Shown in pieces: positions 11,899 to 22,923 of a stretch of 64,000 nt of DNA. The first letter of the stretch is position 1. Each line of letters opens with the position of its first letter. The translations under genes and the position numbers were made by a program. The notes beneath the pieces are model-generated. The model saw nothing but the letters and a program-made list of their open reading frames with translations. It was not told the DNA's origin and searched no databases. This DNA comes from Scenedesmus sp. PABB004 (taxonomy: Eukaryota), in contig JABVCE010000002.1 of NCBI GenBank assembly GCA_014905635.1, forward strand, positions 992,001-1,056,000, written 5' to 3'.

Positions 11899-14298
11899 AT
11901 GGCCGCGGCGGTGAGCGGGGGCGCGCCTTGAGGCGCTGCGGCGCGCGAGCGGCCGCGCATGCGCGCGACCAGCGCGCGCCGCCGCGCCGAGCCGACCGTC
12001 GCTGCCGCTGCTGCTGCTGCTGCTGCCGCTGCTGGTGCTGCCCCGCGCAGGGGCCCGGTGTGGAGCACCTGCTGCAGCTGATGCTGCAGGATGCCGCGTT
12101 CGTGCGCGCGGTGCAGTCGCAGGACGTCGCCGGCGCGGCGTCGGCCGCGGTGGGGCTGGTGAAGGTGCGACGTAGGCGGCGACGGCGGGCCCGGACGCGG
12201 GCGCGGCGTCGGCCACGGCGCCCGCCGGCTGCCCCCCCCCCCCACGTGCACACACGCGCACGCGGCCCTCGCTTGCCGACATACAGGTCCAGTTTAAGGC
12301 CTTCCACTCGGCGCTGCGGCCGCCCGGCAGCGCGTTTGGGGGCGGCGCCAACGGCCTCGACGGCGGCAGCCCGACGCTCCACCGCGTCGACGCTGGCCGG
12401 CGCACGAGCGACCCGGGGCTGCCGTCACGGCCCGACCTGCGCGTCCGCGACAGGTGTGTGCTTCGCGCGCGCGCCCCGGCTGCGGGGCGGGCCCCGCGCG
12501 GCGCGGCGCTCGCGCGGCCACGCGCCGCCGCCGGCCGCCGAATGCCCACGGCTGCCCGCGCCCGCCCGCGCGCCCGCCAGGGTGATCATCAACACCAACC
12601 ACAAGAAGTATGACGGCTACCTCATCGGCAAGGAGGGCGTCGTGCTCAGCATCACCAGCAACGGCTGGGTCAAGCTCCAGGCGCGCGCAGCACGCGCGGC
12701 GCGGCAGGGCGAGAGTACCGCGCGTCGGCCGGCGGCGCCGCCCCGGCGCGCGGCGCGGCGCCGCTCACCGCGTTTCGTGGAACGCCGCGCGCAGGTCGGC
12801 AGCGACACGCTGGACATCCAGATGCGCTACCTCACGCCGCTGCACCAGCGCCCGCCCCTGGCCGCGCTGCTGCCCAGCGCCGGCTCCAAGGGCGGCGCGC
12901 CCGGCGCGCAGCTGGGCGCCAAGGGTGCGCGCGCCGCGCGGGGCGGCGCGCCGGCCGCGCCCCGCCCTGCGCTGCGGCGACGCGGGTCGGCGCTCGCGCC
13001 GCCGCGCTCACCCGCCTGCACGGCGCGCGTGCGCGCAGGCGGGGCGCGCCCCGCCGGCCCGCTGCGCAAGTCGGACGTGGTCAAGCAGGTGCGCAAGGAG
13101 CTGACGCAGCTGGAGGAGCAGGTGCCGTGGAAGGAGGTGCAGGACAGGTACGCGCGCAGGGGCGCGGGCCGCGCCGGGCCACGCTCGGCCGGCTGCGGCC
13201 GCGCGGCGCTGCCCCCGCCGCGCGCACACTCGCGCGCGGCGCCGCGGCGCCCCGCGCGCCAGGTGGCGCACGCACCGCAAGAGCTGGACGCGGCGGCTTC
13301 GCCAGGCGGACACGACGCGCGAGGTCGCGATCTGCGTGCGCGAGTTTCACGACCACCTGCGCACCGACAAGACCGGCGGCATCTTCATGGCCGGCGGCGC
13401 GTGGGAGCTCAGCCTGCGCGAGTGCATGGCGGGTGCGCGGCCGGCCGCGCACGGCCGGCGGCGCATGGCCGGCGCGGCGCGCGCCGCTGCGCCCGCCCGC
13501 GGGCGGCGCCGCAGCCGCCCGCCAACCCGCCCGCCCCCGCCGCGCCGTGCGCAGGCAGCAGCAACCACCTGCAGCTGCTGCAGGTCTGGGAGGAGATGCG
13601 CGGCGCGCTGCAGACATGGCTCGCGGCGGGGCGGCTGCCCGGCGGCCTGGCCTGCCTCGACAAGGCGAGCTACGCGCAGGCGGTGCAGACGTACCGCGTG
13701 CTGCAGGACGCCGCCGCGCGCGGGCCGGAGTGCCTCGAGCAGGTGCGGCGGCGGCGGGCGGCGGGCCGCGGGCCGCGGGCGCGGTTGCGCTCACGTGCCG
13801 CCGCCGCGCCGCCAGGTGCCGCTGGACCAGATCCTGACCAGCCAGCGCGAGCTGCTGGCGCTGCAGCACATCATCCAGCGCGAGGCCGCGGCGGCGCAGA
13901 GCCGCCTGCAGGCCATCGCCGCGCAGGGCGCGGCGCCGGCGGCTGACGGCGGCCCGCCCGGCGCGCCGGCGCCGGCGCCGGCGCCCGCGGCGCCAGAGGC
14001 CGGCGGCGGCGCGGCCGCCGGCGCGGCGGGCAGCAGCGCAGCGGCAGCGGGCGCGCCCGCGCCGGGCGCGCCAGCGCCCGCGCCCGCCACGCCGAGCGCC
14101 GGCGGCGCGCCGGCGCTGCTGCCCGGCTTTGAGGGCGGCCTGAGCGAGAGCGTGCTGCTGCAGCTGGGCAAGCTGCCGCGCATCAAGGCGGCCGAGGGCG
14201 GCGCAAGCGACGCCGACACCGACCGCGACGCCGGCAGCGAGGCGACGGACGTGCCGGACGACATGGAGCTGGACGGCTTGGAGGCGGACTGCTTCTGA
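11899..14298 (+). CDS. Uncharacterised protein with a KOW/SH3-like segment and a W-rich helical (WHIM/WSD-like) segment
   Basis: ATG at 11899 followed by a gtgagc donor at 11911. In-frame exons encode LRVRDRVIINTNHKKYDGYLIGKEGVVLSITSNGWVKLQVGSDTLDIQMRYL and VRKELTQLEEQVPWKEVQDRWRTHRKSWTRRLRQADT. Stop at 14298, TGTAA at 14364. Confidence 0.7.
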
Positions 14299-14363
14299 GC
14301 GCCCGATCGCGAGCGAGCACGGCCGGCGGCGGCGCGCGCGCCTGCGCGGCCCTCCCCCCTGCC

Positions 14364-14397
14364 TGTAACTCTGCAGTCGCACGCGCGAGGGGTTACA
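14364..14397. terminator. Opposed TGTAA polyadenylation signals of two convergent genes
   Basis: TGTAA at 14364-14368 (+) and TTACA at 14393-14397 (TGTAA on -). UGUAA is the established chlorophyte near-upstream poly(A) element. Confidence 0.6.
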
Positions 14398-15004
14398 CAC
14401 AACAACCGCACCAATGCGGGGGTTGCCGCCGCTGCTCGCGCGGGGCGCGGGGCATGCGCGCGCCCAGAATCCCTCTCTGTGCTGTGCCTGCCGAACAAAT
14501 GGCGCAGCCGCCGCCGCCGGTCAGCGCCAGCGCCAGCCCCGCGCGCGCCGCAGGCGGCCGCCGGGGGCCGGCCAGCCTGCCGGGGCGCGTGCCAAGCAAC
14601 ACGCGCCTCGCGCGCGCCGCATACCGTCAGCCCCCCCCCCCCCCCCCCCCCGTGCGGCGCGCCACTCTCTTGGGAGCGCGGGCGCGCCGCCGCCCCAGCC
14701 GCGCGCGCGGCCGGGCCGCGCCGCGCGCCGCGCTCGCGGAAAGCGCAGTGCATGCATGTACACACGGCTGCTCCTGCGCCCCGCCGCCCCGCCGCCCCGC
14801 ACCAGATCCCCCACGCACACGCGCCTGCGCAAACGCTACCCGCCCGCTGCGCACGCACAACCTGCCGCGCGGCGCCCCCGAGCCCTGCGCCCTGCGCCGC
14901 GGCCCGGCCCGGCCCGCGACGCCGCGCTGTGGCTCTGACCCGCGCCTCTGCGCCGCCGCCGCGCGGTGGCGCGCTGGGGCGCCCCGCCGGGGGCTCAGAT
15001 CGGC

Positions 15005-15853
15005 TCACTTGATGTCCACGATCTTGATGACGCTCGCGTTGCCGATGCGGTGCAGCGCGACGATGCTGTCGCCCTTGGCGCAGTAGCGCGCGCGCTTGGC
15101 GTGCTCAATCGCGGCGGCGAGGATCTCGTCGGTCGTGTCGGTGTCGGTCGCGCGCGCGCTGCCCTCGGCGAGCAGCGGCAGCAGGCCGCGCGTGACGAGG
15201 CACTGCCGCGCGGGCGCCTCGTTGCTGCACGTCCACGTAAGGCTGTCGGTCGTGAGCACCGGCACCGCGACCGTGAGCACGGGCACGAGCGGCCGGTACT
15301 TGGCGACGAGGCGGCCCGTCGACCCGCCGCGCGTGAGCACGACGATGAGGCTCGCGTGCACCTTGTGCGCGGTGCGCACCGCGCTGCTCGCGAGCGACTC
15401 GAGCGGCGACATCGGCAGCGGCGCCTGCTTGAGGATGTTTTTGAACATCGCGTAGTAGTCGAGGCTCGCCTCCGCCTCGCGGCAGATCTTGGTCATGACC
15501 TAGGGCGGGGCGGGCGGCGGGGCGGGCGGCGGGGCGGGCGGCGGGGCGGCGGGGCGGGCGGCGGGGCGGGCGGCGCGCGGTGTCGTGTGTGAGGGCGTGC
15601 GGGCGGGCAGAGGGGGTCGGCGGGCTGGGGCCCCCGCACGGCGGGCGGCAGCCGCGGCGCGCGCGCCCGCGCGCGCCGCGCCCCGCGCGCGCCGCACCTT
15701 GACCGCCTCCACGGGGAACGCGCCGGCCGCGGTCTCGCCGGAGAGCATGACGCAGTCGGTGCCGTCGAGCACCGCGTTGGCGACGTCGGTCGCCTCGGCG
15801 CGCGTGGGGCGGGGGTTCTTGATCATGCTCTCAAGCATCTGCGCGGCGCAGCG

Positions 15854-15888
<35 letters not shown>

Positions 15889-17721
15889 AGGGCGCGGGGC
15901 GGGGGCGCGCGCGGCGTCGGCGGCGCGCGCGGGCGCCCGGCGCGGGCGCGCGCGGGGCGCCCGGGTGCTGCGGCTGCAGCGGCGGCGGCGGCTGCAGCGG
16001 CGGCGGCGTGCGCGCGCGCGCCTGCGTGGCGGTGATGACGGGCTTGCCGTTGTAGTTGCACTTCTGGATCATCATCTTCTGCGCCAGGAAGATCTGCGGC
16101 AGGCAGGCGGGGGGCAGGCAGGCGTCGGGCGCCGCGCGCGGGGCGGCGCCCGCCGCTGGCCACCGCCGTGCCGCGCCGCGCGCGCGCGCCGCGCCGCCCC
16201 GCCCGCGCACCTTCTCGGTGGGGATCTCCATGCCGAGGTCGCCGCGCGCGACCATGACGCCGTCGGTCTTGTCCAGGATCTCGTCAAAGTTCTGGATGCC
16301 CTCCTGGTTCTCCACCTTGCTGATGATCTTGATGTAACGCCCCCGCTCGCCCAGCACCTGGCGGCGGCGTGGTGGCGCGCGCGCGGCGCTCGGCGGCGCG
16401 CGGCGCTGCCTGCCCGCCAGCGGCGCCTGCGCCGCGCCGCGTTGGCCGGCCGGCCCGCCTGCCCCCGCGCCCGGCTCGCCCCACGCCCCACCACCCTCCC
16501 CGCGTCTGCGTGCGTGTCACCTCGCGGATGAGGTCGAGGTCGCTGCCCTTGCGCACAAAGCTCGCAGCGATGAGGTCGATCTCGTGCGCGACGCCCCAGT
16601 TGACGATGTCGTCCACGTCCTTCTCCGTGAGCGTGGGCAGGTCGACGACGACGCCGGGGAGGTTGACGTTCTTGCGCTCGCCCAGCATCGCCGTGTTCTT
16701 GCACCGCGCGCGCACCGTGCCCGCGGCGGGGTCGGTGCTGATGACCTCGAGCACGATGCTGCCGTCCGCGCACAGGATGCTCGCGCCCGGCTGCACGTCC
16801 TGCGCGAGCTTCTTGTAGCTGCGCGCGCGCGGCGGGCGCGGCGGCGGGCGCGGCGGCGCGGGGTCAGGGGCTGCAGCGCGGGGGGCGGGGGGCGGGGCGC
16901 TGCTGGACAGCGCGGAGCGCAGCACCGCAGAACTCCAGCTGAACGCGATTTGTGAACAGCAAAAAGGCATCATCTGCCGCTCGCAGATCGCGTTCAACTG
17001 GAGTTCTGCAGTGCCGGCTGGCCCAGGCCCAGGCCCCGCAGCTGTGCGTTCAGCCCGCGCGGCTGCTGCTCCCGCTGCCGGCGCGGCCGCGCGCGCGCCC
17101 GGCCGTGCGGCGCGGCACGACCATGCAGACCGCCGGCGCGCGCGCGCGCCGCTGTCCGTCCGATGTGCGGCTCGTGCGGCGCAAATCAGACCGACAGCGG
17201 CGCACGCGCGCGCCGGCGGTCTGCACGCCGCGCGCCGCCGTCGCTTTCGCGCGCGCCGACGCTGCTGCTGCCGCGCGGCCGCCGCGCGCCGCTGCTGCGC
17301 GCCGCTGCCGCGCGCCGCGCGCTGCGCCCGCCGTGCGCGCCCCGCACCTCATGGCGATGAGGCCGTTGTTGCCGGCGGCGGCGTAGTCGGTGGTGATGGT
17401 CACCTCCTGGCCGGAGACGAGCTGTACCGGCTTGCCGCCCTCGAGCATGCCGGTGCGGATCTCGGGGCCCTTGGTGTCGAGCATGACGGCGCACATGATC
17501 TTGGTGTTCTCCATGGCGCGCCGCAGGTTGTCCAGCGTCTCCTTGTGGTACTCGTGGGAGCCGTGGCTGAAGTTGAAGCGCGCGACGTTCATGCCCGCAC
17601 GCAGCAGCTCCTCAATCACCTCGACGGCGCGGCTGGCGGGGCCGAGCGTGCAGACGACCTTGGTCTTGCACACCGAGCTCGGCGTGCCCGCCAGCACCGC
17701 ATCGAGCCCCAGCTGCACCAT
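15005..17721 (-). CDS. PYK: Pyruvate kinase, cytosolic plant-type
   Basis: [102 protein letters not shown] at 17721, TGA at 15005. Confidence 0.97.
15855..15886. repeat. Poly-G tract (32 nt) in a pyruvate kinase intron
   Basis: Uninterrupted G run on the + strand. Confidence 0.9.
16922..17014 (-). ncRNA. Candidate intronic pre-miRNA-like hairpin A (40-bp stem, 13-nt loop)
   Basis: Arms 16922-16961 and 16975-17014 are reverse complements at 34/40 positions. Four of the six differences are G-U pairs on the transcribed minus strand. The hairpin is seen directly; the miRNA function is inferred. Confidence 0.5.
17124..17225 (-). ncRNA. Candidate intronic hairpin B (46-bp stem, 10-nt loop)
   Basis: Arms 17124-17169 and 17180-17225 are reverse complements at 42/46 positions. 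Two of the four differences are G-U pairs on the minus strand. Confidence 0.45.
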
Positions 17722-18329
17722 CAGAGCGGCCCCCGCGCGCGGGGAGAGGGCGGGGCGAGTGGAGCTGCCGGCGTCCCGGGCGGGCGGCGCGCGGGGCGAC
17801 GGGCGAGCGGGGAGCGCACGGGAGGGGCGGGAGTGGGGGCGGTGGCGCGGCGGGGCGGGCAATGGAGCGCGGGCCGGGCGGCGGGAGCTCGGCAAGCGTT
17901 AGGTAGCGGCGTCGAACCCTGGCAATGCCCCAAACCGCCCCGGCTGCTCGAGAAGCCCCGGGACAGCAGCCAACGCGCGCGCCCGGCGGCAGCGGCGTCG
18001 CGGGGCCGTGTTTTCGGGAGGCCCTGCCGCCATCGCGGGGCGTGCTCGCGGCTCCGCGCCGACACACGCCCGCGCGGCGCGGGATGGCAACCCGCGATTC
18101 ACGCACACTGCTAAACGTCCCGTGGCGCTGCGCCGGCACGGCCGCGCCCGCCGCTGCCGCCGCGCCCGCTGAGCGCCGTGCTGCGCCGCGCCCGGCCGCC
18201 GAGCTTACACGCACCCTGGGCCCTGCCAGCAGGCGCACACCATTCGCCGGCAACCCGCACGCCCTGCCAGGGCCCGCTGCGGCGCAGGACGCCTGCCACC
18301 GCACGGCCGCTGCGATCCCGACGTCGCCG

Positions 18330-19086
18330 TCATCTGCTGAGCAGCGCCGTCGCGGCGCCGCTGAGCAGGCCGGCGTTGAGGTAGTCGGCGGCCACGTCGT
18401 CGAGGTGGTCGTCAAAGTCGGCGAGCCGGCCGTGCAGTCCCGCCGCGTGGGCGTTGAGATAGCGCGCGCGCAGCGCCTCCCAGCCGCCGCCGCCCGCGAG
18501 CGCGAGCGCGGCGCCGCCGCCGCCGCCGCCGTCGGGCGCGCGCCGCCACGCGCGCGGCCCGCCGCCGCCGCCGGCCTCGCGCAGCAGCAGCGCGAGCGGC
18601 GGCTCGGCGCCGCCGGCGCGGCTGAACGCGGCGAGGCGGGGGCCGTCGACGGCGACGATGAACGCGCCCGGCTGGCGCTCCGCGAGGCGGTCCGCGATGC
18701 GCTTGCCCGCGGGGTGCACGTCGGCCGCGTCGAAGCGCGCCTCCGCGTGGTAGTACCCCACCAGCGCCTGACCGCACGCGCCCGCGTACGCCTCCACCTG
18801 CGCGCGTGTGCGTGCGACGCGACGCGGCGTCGGCGGCAGCAGCACAGCGGCGCACACCGGCGGCCGACCGCGCGGCGGCCGGGCGGCGCACCTGCGCGAG
18901 CGCCGTCTCCACGCACGGCGCGAGCAGGCCGGAGAGGTGGAACAGCGGCACCGCGACCGTCACGCTCGCGCCCGCCGGCCCCGCGTCGCCGAGCAGCACG
19001 CCGCACACGGTGCACGACGGGTGCTTCGCCGCGTGCAGCAGCACCGTCAGCGCCGCGTCCTCCGACAGCACGTAGGAGGGCGCCAT
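18330..19086 (-). CDS. EMC8/9: ER membrane complex subunit 8/9 homolog (UPF0172, MPN-like); 2 exons
   Basis: MAPSYVLSEDAALTVLLHAAKHPSCTVCGVLLG, AVPLFH, LVGYYHA, LADFDDHLDDVAADYLN. Intron at 18798-18891. TGTAA (-) at 18205-18209. Confidence 0.92.
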
Positions 19087-19511
19087 GGCGCGCGGGCCGC
19101 CGGCAGGCGATCGATTGGCGCGGCGCCGGCGCGGCGGCGGGAGCAGCTGCGGCGGCGGGAGCAGCGGCGGCAGCCGCGGCGTGGTGGTTGCCGGCAGCTT
19201 GCGTGCTGCGGCGGCTTGCGTGGTGGGGCGGCGCGTGTGGGGCCCTTTCACGGTCGCGGCCGCACGGCACCTGGATCGGCCGGGGAGCCGGGGGGCCGCT
19301 GTCTGATTGCAGCCGCGGCCTCGGCGTCCAGGGCACCGCGGCGCTCGCCGCGCAGTCCGTCCTGTCTGGAAAGTCCGCAGCTCCAACGTGAACCGCTGCC
19401 CCCCACGTCGCGCAGCAGCTGCCGCCGCAGCCAGGGCAGCAGCGCAGCCACGCGCGCGGCGCCGCCGCCAATTCTCCCAGCGCGCGGCCCTAGCCGCCCG
19501 GCGGTCGGGCC

Positions 19512-19991
19512 ATGCAGAGCGCGGCGCCGCGGCAGCGCTGCGGCTGCGGCGTGCGGCAGCAGGCGGCAGCGGCGGGCGGCGCTGGCGCTGGCGCGGCGGC
19601 GCGGCGGCGAGGCGCGCCGTGCGGGGCGCTGGACCCGGTGATGCTCCTGGCGGCCACCGACCCTGCGGCGCTGCAGGACGTCATCGTGGGCGGCGCGGTC
19701 ACGGCGGCGGTCGGCGCGGCGCTCGTCAGCGGCCTGCGCAAGGAGCCGCAGCCGTGCGAGCTCTGCGCGGGCAACGGCGGCACGCGCTGCTTCGCCTGCA
19801 GCGGCGGCGGCTCGATGGACGGGGGAGACCCCGACGCGGTGCTGGGCGGCGAGGCCGCGGTGGCGGCGCGGCCGCGGCGCGACCCGATCGGCCGCGCCGG
19901 CGGCAACCCGCGCGCCTGCCGCGTGTGCAAGGGCACGGGCCTCGTGCTGTGCCGGCAGTGCCGGGGGAGCGGCTACGTCAGCCGGTTTTGA
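19512..19991 (+). CDS. DnaJ-type cysteine-rich zinc-finger protein, probably plastid membrane; single exon
   Basis: Four CxxCxGxG repeats (CELCAGNG, CFACSGGG, CRVCKGTG, CRQCRGSG), preceded by a hydrophobic segment and an Arg/Ala-rich transit-peptide-like N-terminus. No J-domain. Confidence 0.85.
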   Translation: MQSAAPRQRCGCGVRQQAAAAGGAGAGAAARRRGAPCGALDPVMLLAATDPAALQDVIVGGAVTAAVGAALVSGLRKEPQPCELCAGNGGTRCFACSGGGSMDGGDPDAVLGGEAAVAARPRRDPIGRAGGNPRACRVCKGTGLVLCRQCRGSGYVSRF

Positions 19992-20175
19992 ACGCGCGGG
20001 AGAGGGGCGTGGCGGGGGTGGGGGCAGCTGGCCTTGGGCGCCCGCGGAGAGGGGCCACAATTTTGGGAGCGCAGCGCGAGGGCAAGCAGGAGTGGAGCGG
20101 CGCTGTGGTCTGTGGCGCGCGCGCGGGGCCCCGAGGGGAGCCAGCCGGGGCGGCGCGCTGAGTTGCAACTCTTGC

Positions 20176-21725
20176 TTAGCCGAGCTGCATGGCCCCGCCC
20201 GCGCCCGCGCTGCCGGGCTCGACCTTGGCGCCCTCGGCCGCCGCCGCGCCTCCGTTGGCCGCCGCGCCTCCGTTGGCCGCCGCGCCGCCGCCAGGCTTGG
20301 CCTTGGCGCCCTCGGCCGCCGCCGCGCCTCCGTTGGCCGCCGCCGCCGCCGCCTCCTGCTTCACCGCGGCGCCCGCCGCCGGCTCGGCCTCGACGCCCGC
20401 CGCCGGCGCGGCCTCGCCGCCGCCGCCGCCGCCGCGCCGCCGCCGGCGCCGCTGGGCGTGGACTGCGCATAGAAGAGCATGTAGGCCTGCACGCGCGCCA
20501 CGTCGTCGTCGCTGACCGGCACGACCCAGGGGTCGTTCAGCAGGTACCAGGCGCCGCCCGCGCGCACGTAGCTCACGTAGTGCCCGCCCGCCATGTCGCC
20601 GTGGTGCGCGATCACCCCAAAGAGCTCGTACAGGCAGCGCGCCGCAAAGCCGGCGGCGCCGGGCACGGACGCGGCCGCCGCGGCGCCGGCGCGGCCCGCG
20701 CCGGCGCGGCCGGCGAGCACCGCGCTTGTGGTGAAGGGCGCCATGTCGAGCCCCGACAGCGGGAAGCGCAGCGGGACGTCGAGCTTGCGCGGCCGCGTGC
20801 CGCCGCCGCCGTGCTCAAAGCGCTTCACGTGCAGGCAGAGCACGAGCGGCAGCACGCGCACGCTCAGCTGCTTCAGCGCCGCGCCCGCGCTGCCGCAGCG
20901 CCCGCAGCGCCAGTGCGCGCCGGGGCCGAGGCGCTCGGGGCGCACGAAGCGGCGCAGGCAGCCCGCGAGGGAGAGCTCGTTCATGCGCTGCGGGGAGGCG
21001 GGGCGGGAGGCAGGGGGGGGGGGGCAGGGGGCAGGGGGCAGGGGCAGGGGGCAGGGGGTGGCAGCGGCGGCTCAGGGACGCGCGCGCCAGGGGCGCGCTG
21101 CCGCGCGGCGGCGCAGCGCGGGCCGGGAAACCCCGCGACGCCGCCCGCCACGCGACGCCGCGCGCGCGCGTGCTCACCAGCACGGGCGGCGGCGGCGGCG
21201 CCTTGCGCGCCGTGGAGGGCGTGGAGCCGCCGGAGGCCTTCTTGGCGCCCGCGCCGGCCGCCTTGGCGCCCGCGCCGGCGCCCGCGGGCTTGGCCGCCGG
21301 CGCGGCCGCGGCGCCGCCGCCCGCGCCGCCGCCCGCGGCCTTGGCGCGCGCGGCCGCCTGCGCCGCGAGCGCGGCGGGCGGCTCGGGCCGGCCCGCCGCG
21401 CGCGCCGCGGCGGCGGCCTCGGCGCTGACGCGCGGCAGCCCCTCCACGACGAGGCGGCCCTCCTCGTAGAGCTGGCGCGCCCAGGCGCAGAGGTCCTCCT
21501 TGCGATAAAAGCGGCCCTTCTCGTCGCGCCGCTTCATCACGCCCTGCGCCAGCGCCGCCGACGCGAGCAGGTCGTGCGCGACGGTCGGCGGGCCGCCGCC
21601 CGGCCGGCCGCCGCTGGCGTGGTGGCTCCGCACGCTCGGCTTGGCGGGCGGTGGCGCCGCCGCCGGCGGCGGCGGGCCCGGCGCGCCCCCGGGCGGGGCC
21701 GCGGCCGCGTACGGCGGGCCCTGCC

Positions 21726-21795
<70 letters not shown>

Positions 21796-22682
21796 TGGGT
21801 GCTGCTGTTGCTGATGTTGGGGCGGCCAGCCGCCCGGCTGCTGCTGCGGTACGGCTGCGCCGTACGGCTGCTGCTGCTGCGGCCAGCCGCCGGGCTGCTG
21901 CCAGGCCGCCGGCTGCGCGGGGCCGCCCCCCACGCCGACGAGGGGGTGCGGCGGCTGCGTGGCCGCCGCCTCGGCGCCGCCCAGGGGGATGATGCCGCCC
22001 GGCGGCGCCGCGGCCTCCGCCGCTGCGGCGGCCGCCGCCGCCTCGGCGCGCTCCGCCGCCGCGATCTGCGCCTGCAGCACCTTGGCCTCCTCGCGCAGCT
22101 TCTGCGGGCGGCGCGGCGCGGCGCGGCGCGGCGCGGCGCGGCGCGGCGTGCTCAGCGGCCGACGCGCGTCGCTCGCTGCCGGTGCGGGGGGCGCGGGCGC
22201 AGCGCGCCGCACCCGTGTCGCCTCGCAGCCCTTCTTCAGGTGCTTGTTCTGGCAGTACCGGCACCTGCCGCAGCGCGTCACGCGCGGCAGCTTGGCCAGC
22301 GCGGCCGCGGCGGCCGCCTTGGCCGCGGCGGCCTCGGCTGCGCTCATCTGGGGGTGCCTGGCGGCGCCCGCCTTGCCGCCGGGCGGCGGCGCTGCCGCCT
22401 GCTGGTGCTGCGCCAGCGAGTACTGCTGGAACTGCTGCTGCAGCTGCTGCTGCTGGAACGGCTGCTGCTTGTAAGTCGACCCCGCCGCTGCCCAGGCACC
22501 GCCCGGGAGCTGCTGCTGCTGTTGCACGAATGGCTGCCCCAGCGTCGGGCTGGTCCGGCCGAGGAGGAACTGCCCGCCCGCCAGGCCCCACGACGCCGGT
22601 GACAGCTGCTGCAGCTGGGCCTGCTGCGGCGACTGGATGTACATGCCGTGCTGCGGCTGCTGCGCCGCCTGCTGCGCCTGTG

Positions 22683-22741
<59 letters not shown>

Positions 22742-22888
22742 GCCGCCTGCTGCTGTGCCTGCAGCTGGGGCACCTGCTGGCCTGCGTCCGGGCCTGCCGC
22801 CTGGCCCGGCAGCGCCGAGCTGTCGCCGCCGCCCTCGGCGGCGTCGAGCGGGGCAGCGACCGCCTCGCCCAGGGCAGGCGGTCCCTCG

Positions 22889-22923
<35 letters not shown>

